A DNA stretch of 64,000 bases from Anthoceros angustus (Eukaryota; Plantae; Anthocerotophyta). The first letter of the stretch is position 1. Each line of letters opens with the position of its first letter. The translations under genes were made by a program, and so were the position numbers. The notes below the pieces were generated by a model. The model worked only from the letters and a program-made list of their open reading frames with translations, was not told the origin of the DNA and searched no databases. The stretch is from NCBI GenBank assembly GCA_010909165.1, contig MU008159.1:2232001-2296000 (forward strand), in the 5' to 3' direction. Shown piece after piece: positions 1 to 13,600 of the stretch.

Positions 1-695
1 CGCCGGACGTCCGCGCAGTTTTAGGACTCGCCAATGTGCCGAACGTCCGCATTGTTCCAATTCCTTCTATGTTTTTCACTCTAACAATGGAGATCCGGGT
101 TGTGTACTCACATGCACCGACGCCACTACTTTTAGAGTCGTAGTTTGGTCCTCTCGAGATGGCCATGATCGCTTTGCTTAATGTTCTTCACAATTGCGCC
201 GGACGTCCGCTAGCTTGCTTTTCGCTTGAAATTGCTACTTTTAGTGTTGCGCCGGACGTCCGCGCTTTGGCTTGGTCGGACTAATTTTGTTTGGTTTTGC
301 CCACTGCTCACCCCGCTAGGAAGTACTATGAAAGAGGTGTTTAGGATTCCTAGCACCGTTAAAATCCTTGAAATCCCTTCCTTGTGAAGGTGAAATCGAA
401 CCTTCTTCGGCTTCAACCTCATAGCGTAAGTATTCACGAGAAAATAACATGGTCAATGTCTTTCAGTACATGTCTAAAGAGTGGTTTTGCTAAAGATGAT
501 GCATTTTGGCCCGTTTTCGGGGGTCATGTTTTGGTCTTTAGGGACCCAAACCCCTTTAATGGAGAATAACCCCTATGGTGAGAGACGCTGTTTGTTTCTT
601 TTGACTGATCAGGGCCTCAGTGGGAAACGTCGTGCCACGCAAAAGCCAACGAACACCGGAAAATTTTCGACTGATTGGCTAGTGTGAATCCACCC
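1..695. mobile_element. Terminal segment of a DNA transposon related to the Sola1-like element starting at 53668
   Basis: CGGACGTCCG palindromes at 4, 200 and 253 (variant at 40). It ends GTGAATCCACCC, whose reverse complement GGGTGGATTCAC resembles GGATAGATTCAC at 53668. The reverse complement of ~565-595 (AACAGCGTCTCTCACCATAGGGTT) matches ~53742-53766 (AACAGCGTCTCTCAGCATTGGGGTT). Confidence 0.7.
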
Positions 696-1265
696 TAAAT
701 TTGTGATATTGTTCAAAGTGTTACAAAATTTAGGCTTGTATGCCATATTTCTCTTCAATGCCAAAAGTTATTACACTATATGGGTAGCCTGTTTCTAAGT
801 GACCCAACAGATATAACATTGTCGTGCCTCAAAAGCATACCAGAATTGATATGCTTGTCTAGTGTGCATTTACGAAGACAAGTTACATCAGCATAGGAGC
901 CAAAGTAACCTTCATTGAACAAAAAATATGAACTTATTAGAGGTATACACAGGTATACAGAGGACCTAGTCATGTTGAAAACCTAAAGATGTTGAGATGT
1001 ATAAAATTCTTCTTCTTCTGCTACAATCTAAATTGTTCTCGAGAAGAGCTCCACATATATAGCCTTGAGTGCCGCCATCTCCCGCTGGTGTGTGCTTCTG
1101 AACTCGATAATAGTTTTCCACATGCGCTTGAATATAAAGCATGAAAAGTTCTTGGCCTTTGGGAATAATAATTATTTCCTTGGCCTTTGACCTAGCCTTT
1201 CCCTATCGTGCTTTTATAAACAGCCTACTTATCTACTCATGCCAGTAATTCTTACATGCAACATA

Positions 1266-1478
1266 AGTGCAGACCGCGTTGGTTAAGGTCGACTAGACCA
1301 AACCCAATGTGGATTAGTCAAACTAGACACAGCTAGTTGGTAGTTAGTTAACTAGCAGGCTAGTGAAAGGACACACCCCCTCGTAACCATCCTTTATAAG
1401 CCCACCTATGAACTAAACATATTCATTGTTAATAAAGCATCTACTTGATGCAAGACGCCCGCATATGCATCTCTAACT
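1266..1478 (+). repeat. Copia 5' LTR
   Basis: Direct repeat of 28348-28568. Ends TCTAACT, immediately followed by the PBS. Confidence 0.9.
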
Positions 1479-1490
1479 TGGTATCGAGCC
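1479..1490 (+). promoter_or_regulatory. Primer-binding site (tRNA-iMet type)
   Basis: TGGTATCGAGCC, one base short of canonical TGGTATCAGAGC, directly after the 5' LTR. Confidence 0.85.
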
Positions 1491-2566
1491 ATGTGATATT
1501 TCAATGGCTTTGTTGCTAATTTTCTTCCCTAATCAACTTAGGAAGATAAGCTAGCAACCTCATACCCAATTTTAGTTGATGAAAATGCATTTTGATATGC
1601 ATTTCCGATAGTAGACTATCATCTGCATCATAGGCAGGATCCGCTAGTTTTACAGTCATGTAGAAACTCATGTTGCCCATCATACCATTGCTAAGTGAAA
1701 ACAATTAGCTTAGAACGTTCTAAGTAAAATATTAATCATAGCTACTTTATTGATTGTTTTCATTAGTCCAATTTTTAACAAACCAAACCAATTTTTCTAA
1801 ATTGATTGGTTATGGGTTCTAGACACCCTTCTAGTTCTTGTGATACTATAAGGCCTAGTCCTTGGGACTCTTATAAGTTAATTTTGCTTAAGAATAGCAT
1901 CATTGTTGCTTACATTCTTCTAAGCAATCAGCCTACTTTTGTTTTTGCTTTTAGCCTCTTAATCTTCAAGCACAAGAACTATGGGTCGAAACAACAACAC
2001 AACCATGCTGAGGCAAGGAGGAAGCACGATCAGCAGCTCACGCTCCCAAATCGCAATCGCCGAGGTTTTGGATTATCATCCGCCAAGTGTCTACATCATC
2101 TTGGATCTTCCTTAGCGGATGTGCTTACGATTCTGCAAGAGCGTGATTGGAGACCTACATACTCTGATCACCTCGATCCGTAGCGATCCATGAACTCAAT
2201 TTCAAATTTAACATCAATCAATTTTCAGCAAGGAGGCCGTCAACCATGGTCCAATTCTAGCGATTTGCTCTCGATGTTGTGGAGACTTGTCAACCAGCGA
2301 CTACAACGGCGCCTCCTCGCCTCTCAATCTGCCACAAAATTGCAGCCATTCGTGGATTCTGAGACCCAGATTCTGACTTTCGCATTGCGGGATTTGAGGG
2401 GACAATCGTGGCGCGAGTTCGGCAGAGGGACGCCATCCTGTGGCGCCAGATCCCCACGCCCGAGATCCCGGGCGCTACGACAGCCGACCGACCGATCCGG
2501 CGCCCACGCGCTTCCTCCCACGGCGCGCCGCACCGGTTTGGCGGTTGCCCGGCACTGCCGCCCTGT

Positions 2567-2688
2567 GCCAACTTAAAATATTTTAAGTTGGCCCCGGTAT
2601 GAAACGCCGGGCCTGTATGAAACGGTGCCCCTAAAATAATTAATTTTAGGGCACCGTGAACGTGTGCCGTTAGACTCAACGGTGCACC
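2567..2688. repeat. Cluster of palindromes/hairpins in the Copia leader
   Basis: Perfect 26-bp palindrome GCCAACTTAAAATATTTTAAGTTGGC (2567-2592), near-perfect inverted repeat at 2622-2657, and GTATGAAACG twice between them. Confidence 0.85.
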
Positions 2689-3295
2689 TTTTCCTCACTA
2701 GTTCCTCACTCACCGGACGCACTGCTCGCTCGACAAAGGATCCCCACGGCCTCTCCAAGCTCAATTTCTCGGCCACGCTGCAGTTCAAGCACTTTGCTTT
2801 ATGAAGTAACACCTGCAAGCTAACCTCGTGTGCCGAGCCTCCGCCTTCCCACCACAATTGCTTTCCTGATCCGCCGACCCACTTGCTTTTGCTACTGCCA
2901 CCACCACACAGTCTTTGTGTCTTTTTGCGTGCTCTCCGTGGACATCCGAGATGCAGAGGTCTGAGAATCAAGAATGACTACAAGACAAAGTACAACGAGC
3001 AAAATTAAGAGACAGAGCAACGTATCAACAAAGATCAAGCTCTCGCATTCAATCACACAAATCAACACCAATTTGGTTTCTGTTGCTGAAACCAAACGCC
3101 GAATCGAATCCACTTTTGATTCTGTGAATCACATTAACACTGAACTTGATTTTGGGCCATCTGAGCCCGTGTTGTGAGTGTGGTGCGGTTATTGTGAGCA
3201 GTACATCTCTATTTACATTTATAAAGGGTTATTGATGCAATTCTTGGTTTTGCCATAACACAAAGTCACTTTCTCAATAATCACAAGTTTTCAAG

Positions 3296-4275
3296 ATGGC
3301 TACCTCCACCCACACCACTAACACCGCACCTTCTCCTCCGCCCAATCATTAATGTTATGAATGTGAGTACGGATTTTAAGGAGAAAGACCGCTTTGACGG
3401 CACCAAGTTTGAAGTTTGGTCTAAGCGGATGAAGACCGCTCTAAATACTGAGATCTTCTTGCCATCGTTGATGGCTCTCCCGAAACCACCGGACCTTCAC
3501 CCGCCTCGACTCATGGACAAGGCAAGAGACAAGGCTATGCACATGCTTATTTCTGGCCTGGACGAAGTCACTCTCCATCACACCGATGGTGCCCTCACCG
3601 CCAGGCTTGGAGGCGATCACGGATATTTACCAATCCACCAACGTAATGACATTGGTCACGGTTCGCAATGAATTTTATTCTTTAAGAATGCAGCCTGAGT
3701 TGTTGTTACTCATGTGAGCAAGTTTCGTATCTGCGTGCTCAACTTGTTAGGGGACTCCATTAACAGAGTTCAAAGTCAGCGCATTAGCCAGCCTCCCAAA
3801 TTTCAATCTTTGTCTCTTCACGAATGGCACAGACGTGAAGCTCATCAAGTGCGTGCTAATAAGACACCTTCAATTTCTATCTCCGAGATAGCTGGTGCTC
3901 TTTACAAGAAGAGGCTTCTAGGTTCAATGCCGCACCTCAAACATGGTGGTGATAGGGTGATGTTTGTCACCAAAGGTAGACAACAATTCAACAAGCGGAA
4001 CCCAAATGCCACGCCGCCTCCACTCGGTACCACCTCCGGGCCTTCTCCATCCAATTCTTCCTCAACTCCTGACGAAGGGGACATGTAATTGGTGCAAAGC
4101 CCAAGGACACCGGGAGCAGGAATGTCAGAAGAAGAAGGCTGGTGAGCCCAAGCGGGACACCAAAACCGCTAACACAGAGGTTGTTACTAAAGCAAGGCAT
4201 TGCTTTAACAGTTTGTTTGGTTGCATATGAGTATAAATCTTCTTGACTGCCGATCATAGCCTCTCACCACAACAC
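3296..4275 (+). pseudogene. Copia gag with zinc knuckle and start of protease (frameshifted)
   Basis: KDRFDGTKFEVWSKRMK gag N-terminus; CCHC knuckle CNWCKAQGHREQEC at ~4085-4125. Confidence 0.8.
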
Positions 4276-6545
4276 GATAATTTTTAAGGGGGAAGGGGGA
4301 ACCCCTTCTTCGCCACAAAGACCCCTTGTCACGAAGAACACCTTACCTAGAACATATGTGCCCTACTTTGATAATGCACACACCCTTTCTGAGGTCATAC
4401 CAGTGATAAAAGACGCACTTTCAAGTGAACACCCTAGAACTGGAGCACGAGGGTGCGGGCCCGTCTCGCTTTTGTAGAATGTTTAGAGGGCTGCCATTTT
4501 TATATGTTTATTACAACAAAAACTTTTACTTTGAAGTGGTGGAACACAATGAAAACAATCCTGCATTAGAGGGAGTCTCATTTTAATCGTCGAAGAACAT
4601 TGCAACAAACATCGCTAAAGGAGGGAGTGGTCATCGGCATCGATATAGTCATTGAAGAGTGCGGCTGGCGACTCATCCATGCCTTGCATCGAATCGAGTC
4701 AAGAACCACCGCCATATTCGGATGCGGTCCATATCGTCCGCCTCAAAGTTATCGCTCTCTCCATTGCTTGCTCGCCTTCAATAGTATCATTCCCCGGCCC
4801 ACCATCCGACGGTGTGGATCCACACAAAGATCTAGGGTTTGTTGACCCTCATCCAAAAGGTCGCCAGTCTTCAACCTTCCGCACTCAATGCAACCACTTG
4901 GGCTTTAAGGCAATGCCCCTTAAATGAACAAAGTTAGTTGCCCATGCGCCCATGCAAGCATCCTTAAAATCAACAAAGTTGAGTTATTAAAAGATATGGG
5001 TTTTGAACCCAAACCTATTCATTACTAAACCTTTTTCCCAAACACTAGACCAACAATCCCAAGTTACAAACCATTGAGCCACTACATATTATTTTAAAGA
5101 CTATGAGGAGGGCACGGCCACGCCCATGGGCAAGGCAGGCGTGTTGGGGGGCGCTGGCCGGCCGCGCCCCAAGGGGTAGGGCGTGGTTGGGGAGGGCGGG
5201 GCCGCGCCCAAGTGGGGTGTTAGGGGAGGCGCCGCCGGCGCCCATGGGCGGTGGTGTGTGTTAGGGGAGGCGGCCACGCCCATGGGCAAGGGGTGGCAGG
5301 TTAGGGCCGGCCGGGCGCCCATGGTGGTGTGTTAGAGGGCGCCGGCCGGGCGCCCATGAGCAGTGGCATGGGGGAGGCACGCCGGCGCCCTAGCTCCACC
5401 CGCCCGCACCGACGGTGGCAGGAGGCGCCGGCCGCCGCCCGACACCTGTAGGCCCACCGATGGTGAGGGAGGCGCGCCGCCGGCGCCCCACGCTGCCAAC
5501 CACCCGTGGGTAAACGGGTGGTGCGCAGCGAGGGCGCCGGCCGCGCGCCCTCCACGCCGCCACGCCGGTGGGCACGATGGTGGAGGAGGGCGCCGCCGGC
5601 CGGGCGCCTCACCGCCCACCCATCGCATACGGCCGGTGGGTGGGGAGGGCGGGCGCCGCCGCCGCGCCATCCCTCCGCGCACACCACCGTAAAACCCCGA
5701 CGGGTGGTGCGCGGATGAGGGCGCCGGCCGCCGCGCCCTCCACGCCACCAGAGCACGGCTGGTGGTGCGCAGGAGGCGCCGCCGGCCGCCTCCCCTCCCG
5801 CACCACCTTATGCCCGACGGGTGGAGCGCGAACAGGCGCCGCCGCCGCGCCTCCGCTGCCCATTGTGGCCTCCCTTCCACGCACTTCGTGACGTGGCACT
5901 TCCATCGAAAATGAGGGCTAACCTTAGAAGCAACCTTGGAATGAAGGCTAACCTTAGAAGCAAATGCCGTCAAATCGAGCCAAGATTTGGTCGGTCGAGT
6001 GTAGAGGGTACCTCCTAAACATCTCAGATGTGGACAAAAAGCGATAAGGATAAGCTCATGAGGCGGCTTAATACAACCTGCGAGTCAAAGTGCCGCTGAA
6101 GATAATGATGACAATGGAGGAGAAGCTGGACCAAGTGATGACGAAGGATTGAACTCTGGGGATGAGTGAAACTGAAATCTCGTTTTTTCCCGGGGTCCCA
6201 GAGTTAATGTTGTAAGTCTGGTTGCTGATGTTACTGTGTTAGGGAAATACCCTGTCCGTGGCTTTTGTGGTGTCATAACAAAACCACATTTTCCTCCCAA
6301 AACTGAGTTTACAGTCGTCCCTTCCCGGCAGGAACGGCCTTCCTCACCGTTCCTACTTTGCATTATTCCCCTAGGTTCGAGTTTGCGACCACCATTCGAC
6401 ACAAACATTGCTGGATGGAAAGTAGTAACTTTACGGTGACACCTTTTTTCGAGTTTTCAATGCCTTCAAAACTGCTTTTAGGGCCCATCAAAACCCCTTC
6501 GAGATTATTTGCGAAACCGAGATTATTCACCCCTTCAAAATTATC
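4276..6545. mobile_element. Non-autonomous TIR DNA element inserted in the Copia protease region
   Basis: Left end GATAATTTTTAAGGGG and right end CCCCTTCAAAATTATC are inverted copies. GC-rich GGCGCC-type core at 5100-5880. Copia coding resumes right after 6545. Confidence 0.7.
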
Positions 6546-9250
6546 TTGTTCACATATGCAACCACAAACACATGTTTACTTACATATTCGGATTGATGTT
6601 CTTCATCGCTTTGTTCTCCTTAGCGATGACTCGCCTCTCAATAGCGGCAATCGCTCGACTTCGAATTGGAAGATGGTTCTTCCTTCTACTCACGATGTGT
6701 CGCATGTCCCCGATGGCCAAGAATTTAATTTCCGTCACTTGGTTAAGGATGGCATCTATAGGTCGGGCTTGGCCGTGATTGTCTACTCACTCGGTCTATT
6801 CATCCGGGCCGCAGTTATTGCTCGAGGCCATCCTCGCCATGATTTATATGTCTTCAAGAAGCCCATGTTGGCGCTGGCTGGCTCCACCGGGCCGCCGCCT
6901 GCCGCCATCGATGGGGAGCTCACGCCATGGTGATGCTCTCTGCACTCTAGGCTTGGCCACATTAATCATTCCAAGCTCTTAGAGATGTCTAAGCAAGATT
7001 TGTTTAGGATAGGCGCCTACTTTTACAAAGACGCCACTGCTGTGAATCTTGTATTTATGCTAAGCAACGCAGCTTCGATCCCGATCTTCCGCACGTCGGC
7101 TACTCATTCCTTGGAGCTTGTCCACATTGATCTTTGTGGGCCACTGCTCCTTCACTTGGCGGGCTAATCATTTTATGATGTGGATGACTTCAAATATATA
7201 CTTTGCTTACCCGCTGCTTGAAGAGTGACTCTTCTGTATTTTCTCCTTTGTTACTATGGCCGAGCTGCAAACCGGTTGTAAGTCATGCATTAGATCCGAC
7301 AATGCCGGGAACTTAACAATCACCGCTCAAGGACTTTTGTCAAGAGAGGGGATCCTTCAATTTACTTGCCCTATACCTCCCAAAGAAATGGAGTTGGAAA
7401 AGCCAATGGTGATCTTTTACCATGGCGCGAGCTATGCTCAATCCCAATTGCCTAAGTCCTTCCGGGGTCAAGCCAACACACGCTTATATCGTAAATGTGG
7501 TGCTTCCAAGTCCGCGCCACCGGACTCCTTATGAGTGCCGCATGGGAGTAAACCCTTATCTCTCATCTTCAGATCTTTGGATGCCCCGCCTATGCCCATA
7601 TCCTTCTCGCCTCGAGACAAGCCTCACCGTGCTCGAAGTTGGTATTTGTGGGCTATGGCGAGGATCGCAAGGCATACAAGTGGACTTGAATACCCACTCC
7701 GACGTATGCACGACTGCCACCTTTGATGAGTCCGGCTAGCACATCTTGACCGCTTCTTGGCTCCCGGTCCCGCCGATGTGCTTCTACCTCCGGCCTCGTA
7801 GAGCCTCGATGGCGGTGACATTCACTTTGAGTTACATACTCAACCCTTCACTTTTCCCGACCTGTGTGTTCCTGCTTCGGTTCTGCTCCTCACCGCGCTT
7901 CACCTCGCGGTCCTATTCCCATAGTTCCCGAGAGGGGAAGATGAACAAGAGGTTGCCCATGGATGAACCATTGGAAATTGAGGATGACCTTTGGTGTTCT
8001 TGAGACTCAAGCATCGAGACACAGATCTCCACATTCCCCACCAAGCTCGACTGCCCCGAGCGTAGGTATCCCTTGCCCGACAACCACGCCACCTATGGAA
8101 TGAAATACCCTTTGACTTGAGTTCAATCAAGCGCCTATACTACCACTCAAGGTCACTTTGATGCTTTTAGTGTCGCTTTCGAGGGAGATCCTCTCACTGC
8201 AAGAGGCATACTCACGACCGATGCGCTAAGTGGAAGTTTGCCGTTGATGATGAATATAATTCACTTATTAAAACAACACATGGATTCTCAATCGCCCAAG
8301 GGCGACAATTAAATGCAAGTGGGTTCTCAAAACTAAGTTCCGGAGGTTGAGCCTCGATCCGCCACAAGGCGAGATTGGTGGCTAAGGGGTATAGTCGAAA
8401 AGAGGGAGTGGATTACCAAGGCGACAAAGTTTACTCACCGTCAAAGCCGCTCAGAAGAATGCTTCTAGCTTTATGTGCCGAGCTTAACTTGGAAATTTAT
8501 CACTTGACGTCAGACGGCCTTTCTTTATGGTCACCTTAAAGAGGAGATCTACATGGATCAACCAGAGGATTATGAAGATAAGAAATTCCTCACAAGGTGT
8601 GTAAACTCTCCAATATATGGACTTAAGCAAAGCCCACGCTTATGGTACGAGAGAATGGATTCTTATCTCAAGAAGTTGGGGTTCCCAAAGTGAAGCGACA
8701 TACTAACATCTATGTACTTCGTCAGATAGCTCACTTGTACTTGTTGCCCTATATGTCGATGACTTAGTTATTCCAGCAATAATGTTGAAGGTCAACAAGA
8801 TAAAACCGATTTGAGCAAAGAATTCGAGATGAAGGATCTCGCAAAGTTAAATATATTCTTGGAATGCATGTACATAGAGATAGCCGGAGCTATTTATCTT
8901 CATCAAGGACGATATGTGGGTATGCTAAAACGCTTCAACTTGGAGAACGTGACGAGCCACGCCACACCAAAGCCGCAAGCTTTCATCGCTTCCCCGCCTC
9001 GCGAAGAGGACAAGAAGGAGATGGAGATGTGCTCACCGCATGGGAGTTGGAACTCTCATGTTCTTGAGTAATCGACAAGACCGACATCTCAAACACCGTG
9101 AATGTTGTTGCTCGCCTCGAGAATCCAGGAGGGATCACTTGCTCTCAAACGCATCATGCAGACTCAAGGGTACTCAAAATTATGGCCTATGCTACAAACC
9201 TAGCGGAAAGAAGCGCCCGCTTACATGTTATGTGGATGCAGATTGGCCGA
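6546..9250 (+). pseudogene. Copia pol: protease remainder, GAG-pre-integrase, integrase, RT, RNase H start (degenerate)
   Basis: NLISV; HSRLGH; LELVHIDLCGP; IRSDNAG; CKWVLKTK; KARLVAKGY; LYVDDL (~8750); CYVDADW (~9225-9246). Confidence 0.9.
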
Positions 9251-9434
9251 CTGGCTTGAGCCAGCTATGTATGACTTTTCGGCCCGGCCAAGACAATCCC
9301 GTGTCGTTGTAGTAAGGAGTCCGCTCCCAAGAGAATGATAAGTCGCTTGCTGCTGCTTTGTTCGATTCTCACCTCACCTCACCTTGTGGCCGTCAAATTT
9401 TAACACACACATTCGCTATTTTGCGCCTAACTAC

Positions 9435-12400
9435 TGTAACGCCCACCGATCAAAGCGTGGCTAAACGCTTAAGGACCCGCTTAAGGCCAGACGACACCTC
9501 GCCACTCGCTTCCTCTAGTCCGCTCCTCCTCACCCCTCACTACACTATCAACCTTGGGAAAACGCGAATGGTTACACAGCCCCGACCTCCTCCGCCGTCG
9601 CTCTCCGCCCGGCTCAGACGCCTCCGGAGTTCCTCCGGCTCACACGCTCCGGCCCGCTCACGCCGCCGCTCGACGAACAAGGGTCCCCGCCTTCCTCGCA
9701 CACCACCACACGCTAGGGTCTACCAAGACCTTGATCGCCTCCGGCCGCCGTGGCTCGCGCTGACTCGTGACTCACGCTAGCAAGAAGACGCACAAGGGTC
9801 CGTAAGAAAACGCGATCAACACCAAGAGAAGATGATTTATTCAGAAAATTCACCTTTATACTATCAAGGTCGGCGCCTTTATTACACCTCTATTCATTGA
9901 AATGAGCTAGGCCTAACCGCCGCCTACTATCCTCCTATTCCTCCTATCGCCACCGCTTGGTGGGGCTGGATGGCCCCGGTTTCTTGGCACCGGCGGCCCA
10001 AAGCCGAGCCCCGACTGATCGCGGCGCACCCTAATCGGATGATCCGCGAGGCGGACCCTTCCTCTTCCCGAGGGTCTCCGTCAGCCGCCACGGCCATGGG
10101 GCCCGACAACGTGGGTCACCACTAAGTCCTCCTCGCCTCCTCTCTTATCTTCTCCGCGCAATGGGCCCTCCAGGCCGGATCACTGGGCCGATTGGTGGCT
10201 CTCCCCACTCCCTAGTCCGACCTCGGACCCCGTGACCCGAGTCCTGACCTCTAGGTCCGGCTCTTCCTCCGGGGTCCGGCCTCCGTGGTCCGCTCGAGTC
10301 CGACCCTGGGTCCCGGACTTGCCTCCGGGGTCCGGCCTCGACCCAACCCTTCCGGAGTCCGACCTGTGGTCCCGGACTGGCCACTAGAGTTTGATCTCTA
10401 AGTCCAGACTCTCTGTGGGGCCTGACTGGATCCGCTCCTCAGTCCGGACAAAGTCCACCTGCTGCCCCGGCTCCGCCTCCTCACGTCGATCACGGCTCAT
10501 CCACCGAGCCCTCCCTTGGTTCCCGAATGCCCGTTGCGCCTTTCCGCAGCCTCCCCAAGATCCTCCTCCTCCTTCCTTCCATGGGTGCCGAGTGCTTACC
10601 TCCGGTGTAGCGACTTCCTCCTCCCGGCCTCCTCCGCCTCCTCGCCTGCCGCCGCCAAACAAATGGGCTCCTAGGGCTCCTGTGGTGCGTCTCCCCGGTC
10701 CGTCCTCCTCGCCTCCTCCTTCCGACCTTCCTCGAAGTCCACCTCCCGCCTAGGGTGGCGCAGGACCTCCAGAGCCTTGAGGAGCTCGCGGTAGTAGCGT
10801 AAGTCGGAATCGACTTGTCAATCGCCTCTTCCACATGAGCCGAGCACCCGCACTCTCCTCCGGGTGCTCCAGGCTCACTGGGCATGTCGCCCCTCACCGC
10901 CGCCTGCGGCCAAGCCACCACCGTAGGCGGGCGGACTCCCTTGATGCCGCCAAGGCGGCCTCCGTCACTCCCTCGCAGCCTTCGCTGCTCGACGCTCTCC
11001 TCCTCCTGTTCCACCCAGCCCGCCATTATGGGCCATGGAGCCGAGCTCCCTCTGCTTTCAGAACCGGACGAGCAGCCGCTTCTCCTCCAAGGCTTTCCTC
11101 CTCCGCTTATCTTTCCCGGAGGTCTCACATTTCTCCAGCGGGCGGTATCCTGCTCCGACTCTCGACTTCCTCCACCTCCCCGCAGTTTCGCGACGAACTC
11201 CTTGCACTGCCGCCTATTCTCCTCCGTCTCAGCGGAGCTGGAGGCTTCTCTCTCGTCAAGTCTTGATTCTCTCGCTGAGAACCCCGCTGCCTCCGATGCG
11301 CTCTTGAGTTGCGCCCAAGGTATCCTTGCCCTCCAGCCTCCCGCCACGCCTTCTACTCCTCCCTGCATGCACTCGAGGTCCCCTGATCTCCCGGTGCTGA
11401 CCTCTAGTGCTCTCACTCCGACTGCTTGCTCCGCCGCCTGGCCTTCAGTTGGCCGCTGCTACCCTGCCGCCTCCTCCACCGGCCTGATCACGCCGATAGT
11501 GATCCTGACCTTGCCAGGGCTTCCGCCTGCGGCCGCTTCACCGAGCCTCGCCGGGTCTGGCCAAGGCTACCGCCGCCCAAAAGTCGCGAGCCCTCTCGCC
11601 TCCCCGCTGGCCTCCTCACAGATCCTCACCGTGCTTGGGCCTCTCAGGCTCGCCCACCGCCACCCACCGAAGAAACTTAGTCCGTCTGCTGAATGCATTT
11701 CGCCTCCCTGCGCTTCCCTCGATGCGGCCGAGCTTCCGCCTCCTCGCCTCCCGGGCCGCCTCCATCCGCCTCTCTTCGGAGGAGCACCATGCGCCTCCTG
11801 TGGCTTCCACCTCCGGGTCTTCCTCCGTCCCAGAGACTCCAGAGCATACCGTCCCATGACGGTAGCTGTGGACCGCCTGTCTTCCACGGCCGCCATTGGG
11901 CGAGGCCCCCAAAAGTCCGCTAGGGGCGGCATCTCTTCCGCCAAGGACCTCCATACCGCACCCGAGCGAGTCCGGCCGGGCTCTCCGACCTCAGTCCCTT
12001 AGGTCTCGAAAAGCCGAGGTCCGAGCCTCACCCTCTTGGCCCTCTTGGCCGCCAATTCCTTATTCGCCTCTTCGTCCCGGGGCCTTGAGGGGTGAGGGGT
12101 TGGGAGCCGACCTCTTGCCTCCTGCCGGAGACAGGACTGCTCGGGTGGGGGCTGCCTGGCCTCGCCTCCGGGCCCTTTCCGCCTTCTTCACCGCCTCTTC
12201 GCCACACTGGCGGTGGGCAAGGGCACGGGCGCCCGTCCGGAGGCGTTGGCGGGTGGCACCGCCTTCCGCTGCCCGACGAGTCCGCCTGGGGCTCATCGGC
12301 CGCTGGCCGGTGGTCACTGTTGCCGGGTCACGGGGCCCCCGCCTGGGACCGCCTCCCGCCGTGACCGGCCGCCTCCGGGGCACAGAGGAGGGAAGCGATG

Positions 12401-13600
12401 TCCTCCCACACTTCCCTTGGTGGCGAGGGAGTCCGCTCCAAACGATGGAATCTGGATTCTCCCGCTGCCTTCCTCCTGTTTCCTCTCTTGCTCCGGCGGC
12501 TCCTCCTCCCGGGCGCTTTGCCGCCTCCGCTCGGTAGGGCCACCCTTCCCGAGCGCCCGCTTCTTCCCCATCCGGGGAGGTCGAGTGTCCCCACACATGG
12601 ATCGAGCATGGGGATAATCCGACGGAGGTGGCTTCTGCACCCCGGCGAGCCTCGGTCAACCGGCGAAGATGATCCTCCCGCCGGCCCTCTTGCTCGTCAG
12701 AAGCGCATGTAGGAACACTAATAAATTGTCACCAAGGTGGTCTACCTTGGTGAGCGTGTTCCGTGATGGCGATCCGCCACCGCCTCACCCTTCCGTCCAA
12801 CAAATCACATCAGTTGGTGCGCTGCCCCTGGCCAAAGATTGCCGCCTTTGCCGCCATCTTCCCTCGCCTTGAGGGGCCCGGACTACTACGCCAATTTCTT
12901 CTCACTGGATTTGCGAAGCCTCGTGACCTCCAAGGTCCACCTCCTAGGCTGGTCACGCCCGTGCTTTACGGTTCACCTCCGGCCGCCGGTCCCGCCTGTG
13001 CGGGTCTAGCCCTCTGCTATCACCGTGCTCCCGCTATGTTTCTCCTACCAAAATTTATTCTTATGATCGCTGGGGCCTCAAGGCCGAGGGGCTTGGGAGC
13101 CGAGAGCGTGGCTTAGGAGCCGAGAGCATGGGAAGCTTGGGAGAGCGTGGGAACTTGGGAGCCGAGAGCTGGAAGCTTAAGGGAGCGCGAGTGTGGGAAG
13201 CTTGGGAGTCGAGCGTGGGAAGCCTAAGGGAGCTTGGGAGCTCAAGGGCGAGAGCGTGAAGCTTCAAGGTGGGAAGCCAAGGCCGAGAGCGTGGAAGCTT
13301 CAAGGGAGCTTGGGAGCTCAAGGGCGAGAGGAGGCTTCAAGGGAGCTTGGGAGCTCAAGGCCGAGAGCGTGGGAAACTTGGGAGCCTGTGGTGCTGGTGC
13401 TCCTACCCTTTGCGGCTGGCCGCTCCCGCCTGCTGTGCCGTCAGTGCCGCTGCCCGCCTGGCCGGTGTCACGCTTAGTGCCGGTTCGCCTCGCCGCCAGG
13501 CCGGTGCTCGCGGTTGCCGCCGCCCCGCCTTTGCAAGTTTTGGTGCCGCCGCTCCCGTGACTCGCTAGTGTTGGTGCAGGTGCGCTACTCCCGCCTTGCT
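9435..13600 (-). mobile_element. Probable Ty3/Gypsy-type LTR element fragment (LTR end plus GC-rich internal region)
   Basis: TGTAACGCCC at 9435 reads GGGCGTTACA on the minus strand, a typical LTR 3' end. No pol motifs were recognised and the right boundary is uncertain. Confidence 0.4.
13085..13385. repeat. Degenerate minisatellite (GGGAGCTTGGGAGC / GCCGAGAGCGTGG)
   Basis: Visible tandem units. Confidence 0.8.

Noticed and set aside
5045-5973. ORFs in the GC-rich core of the TIR element
   Set aside because: Stop-codon scarcity in a repeat.
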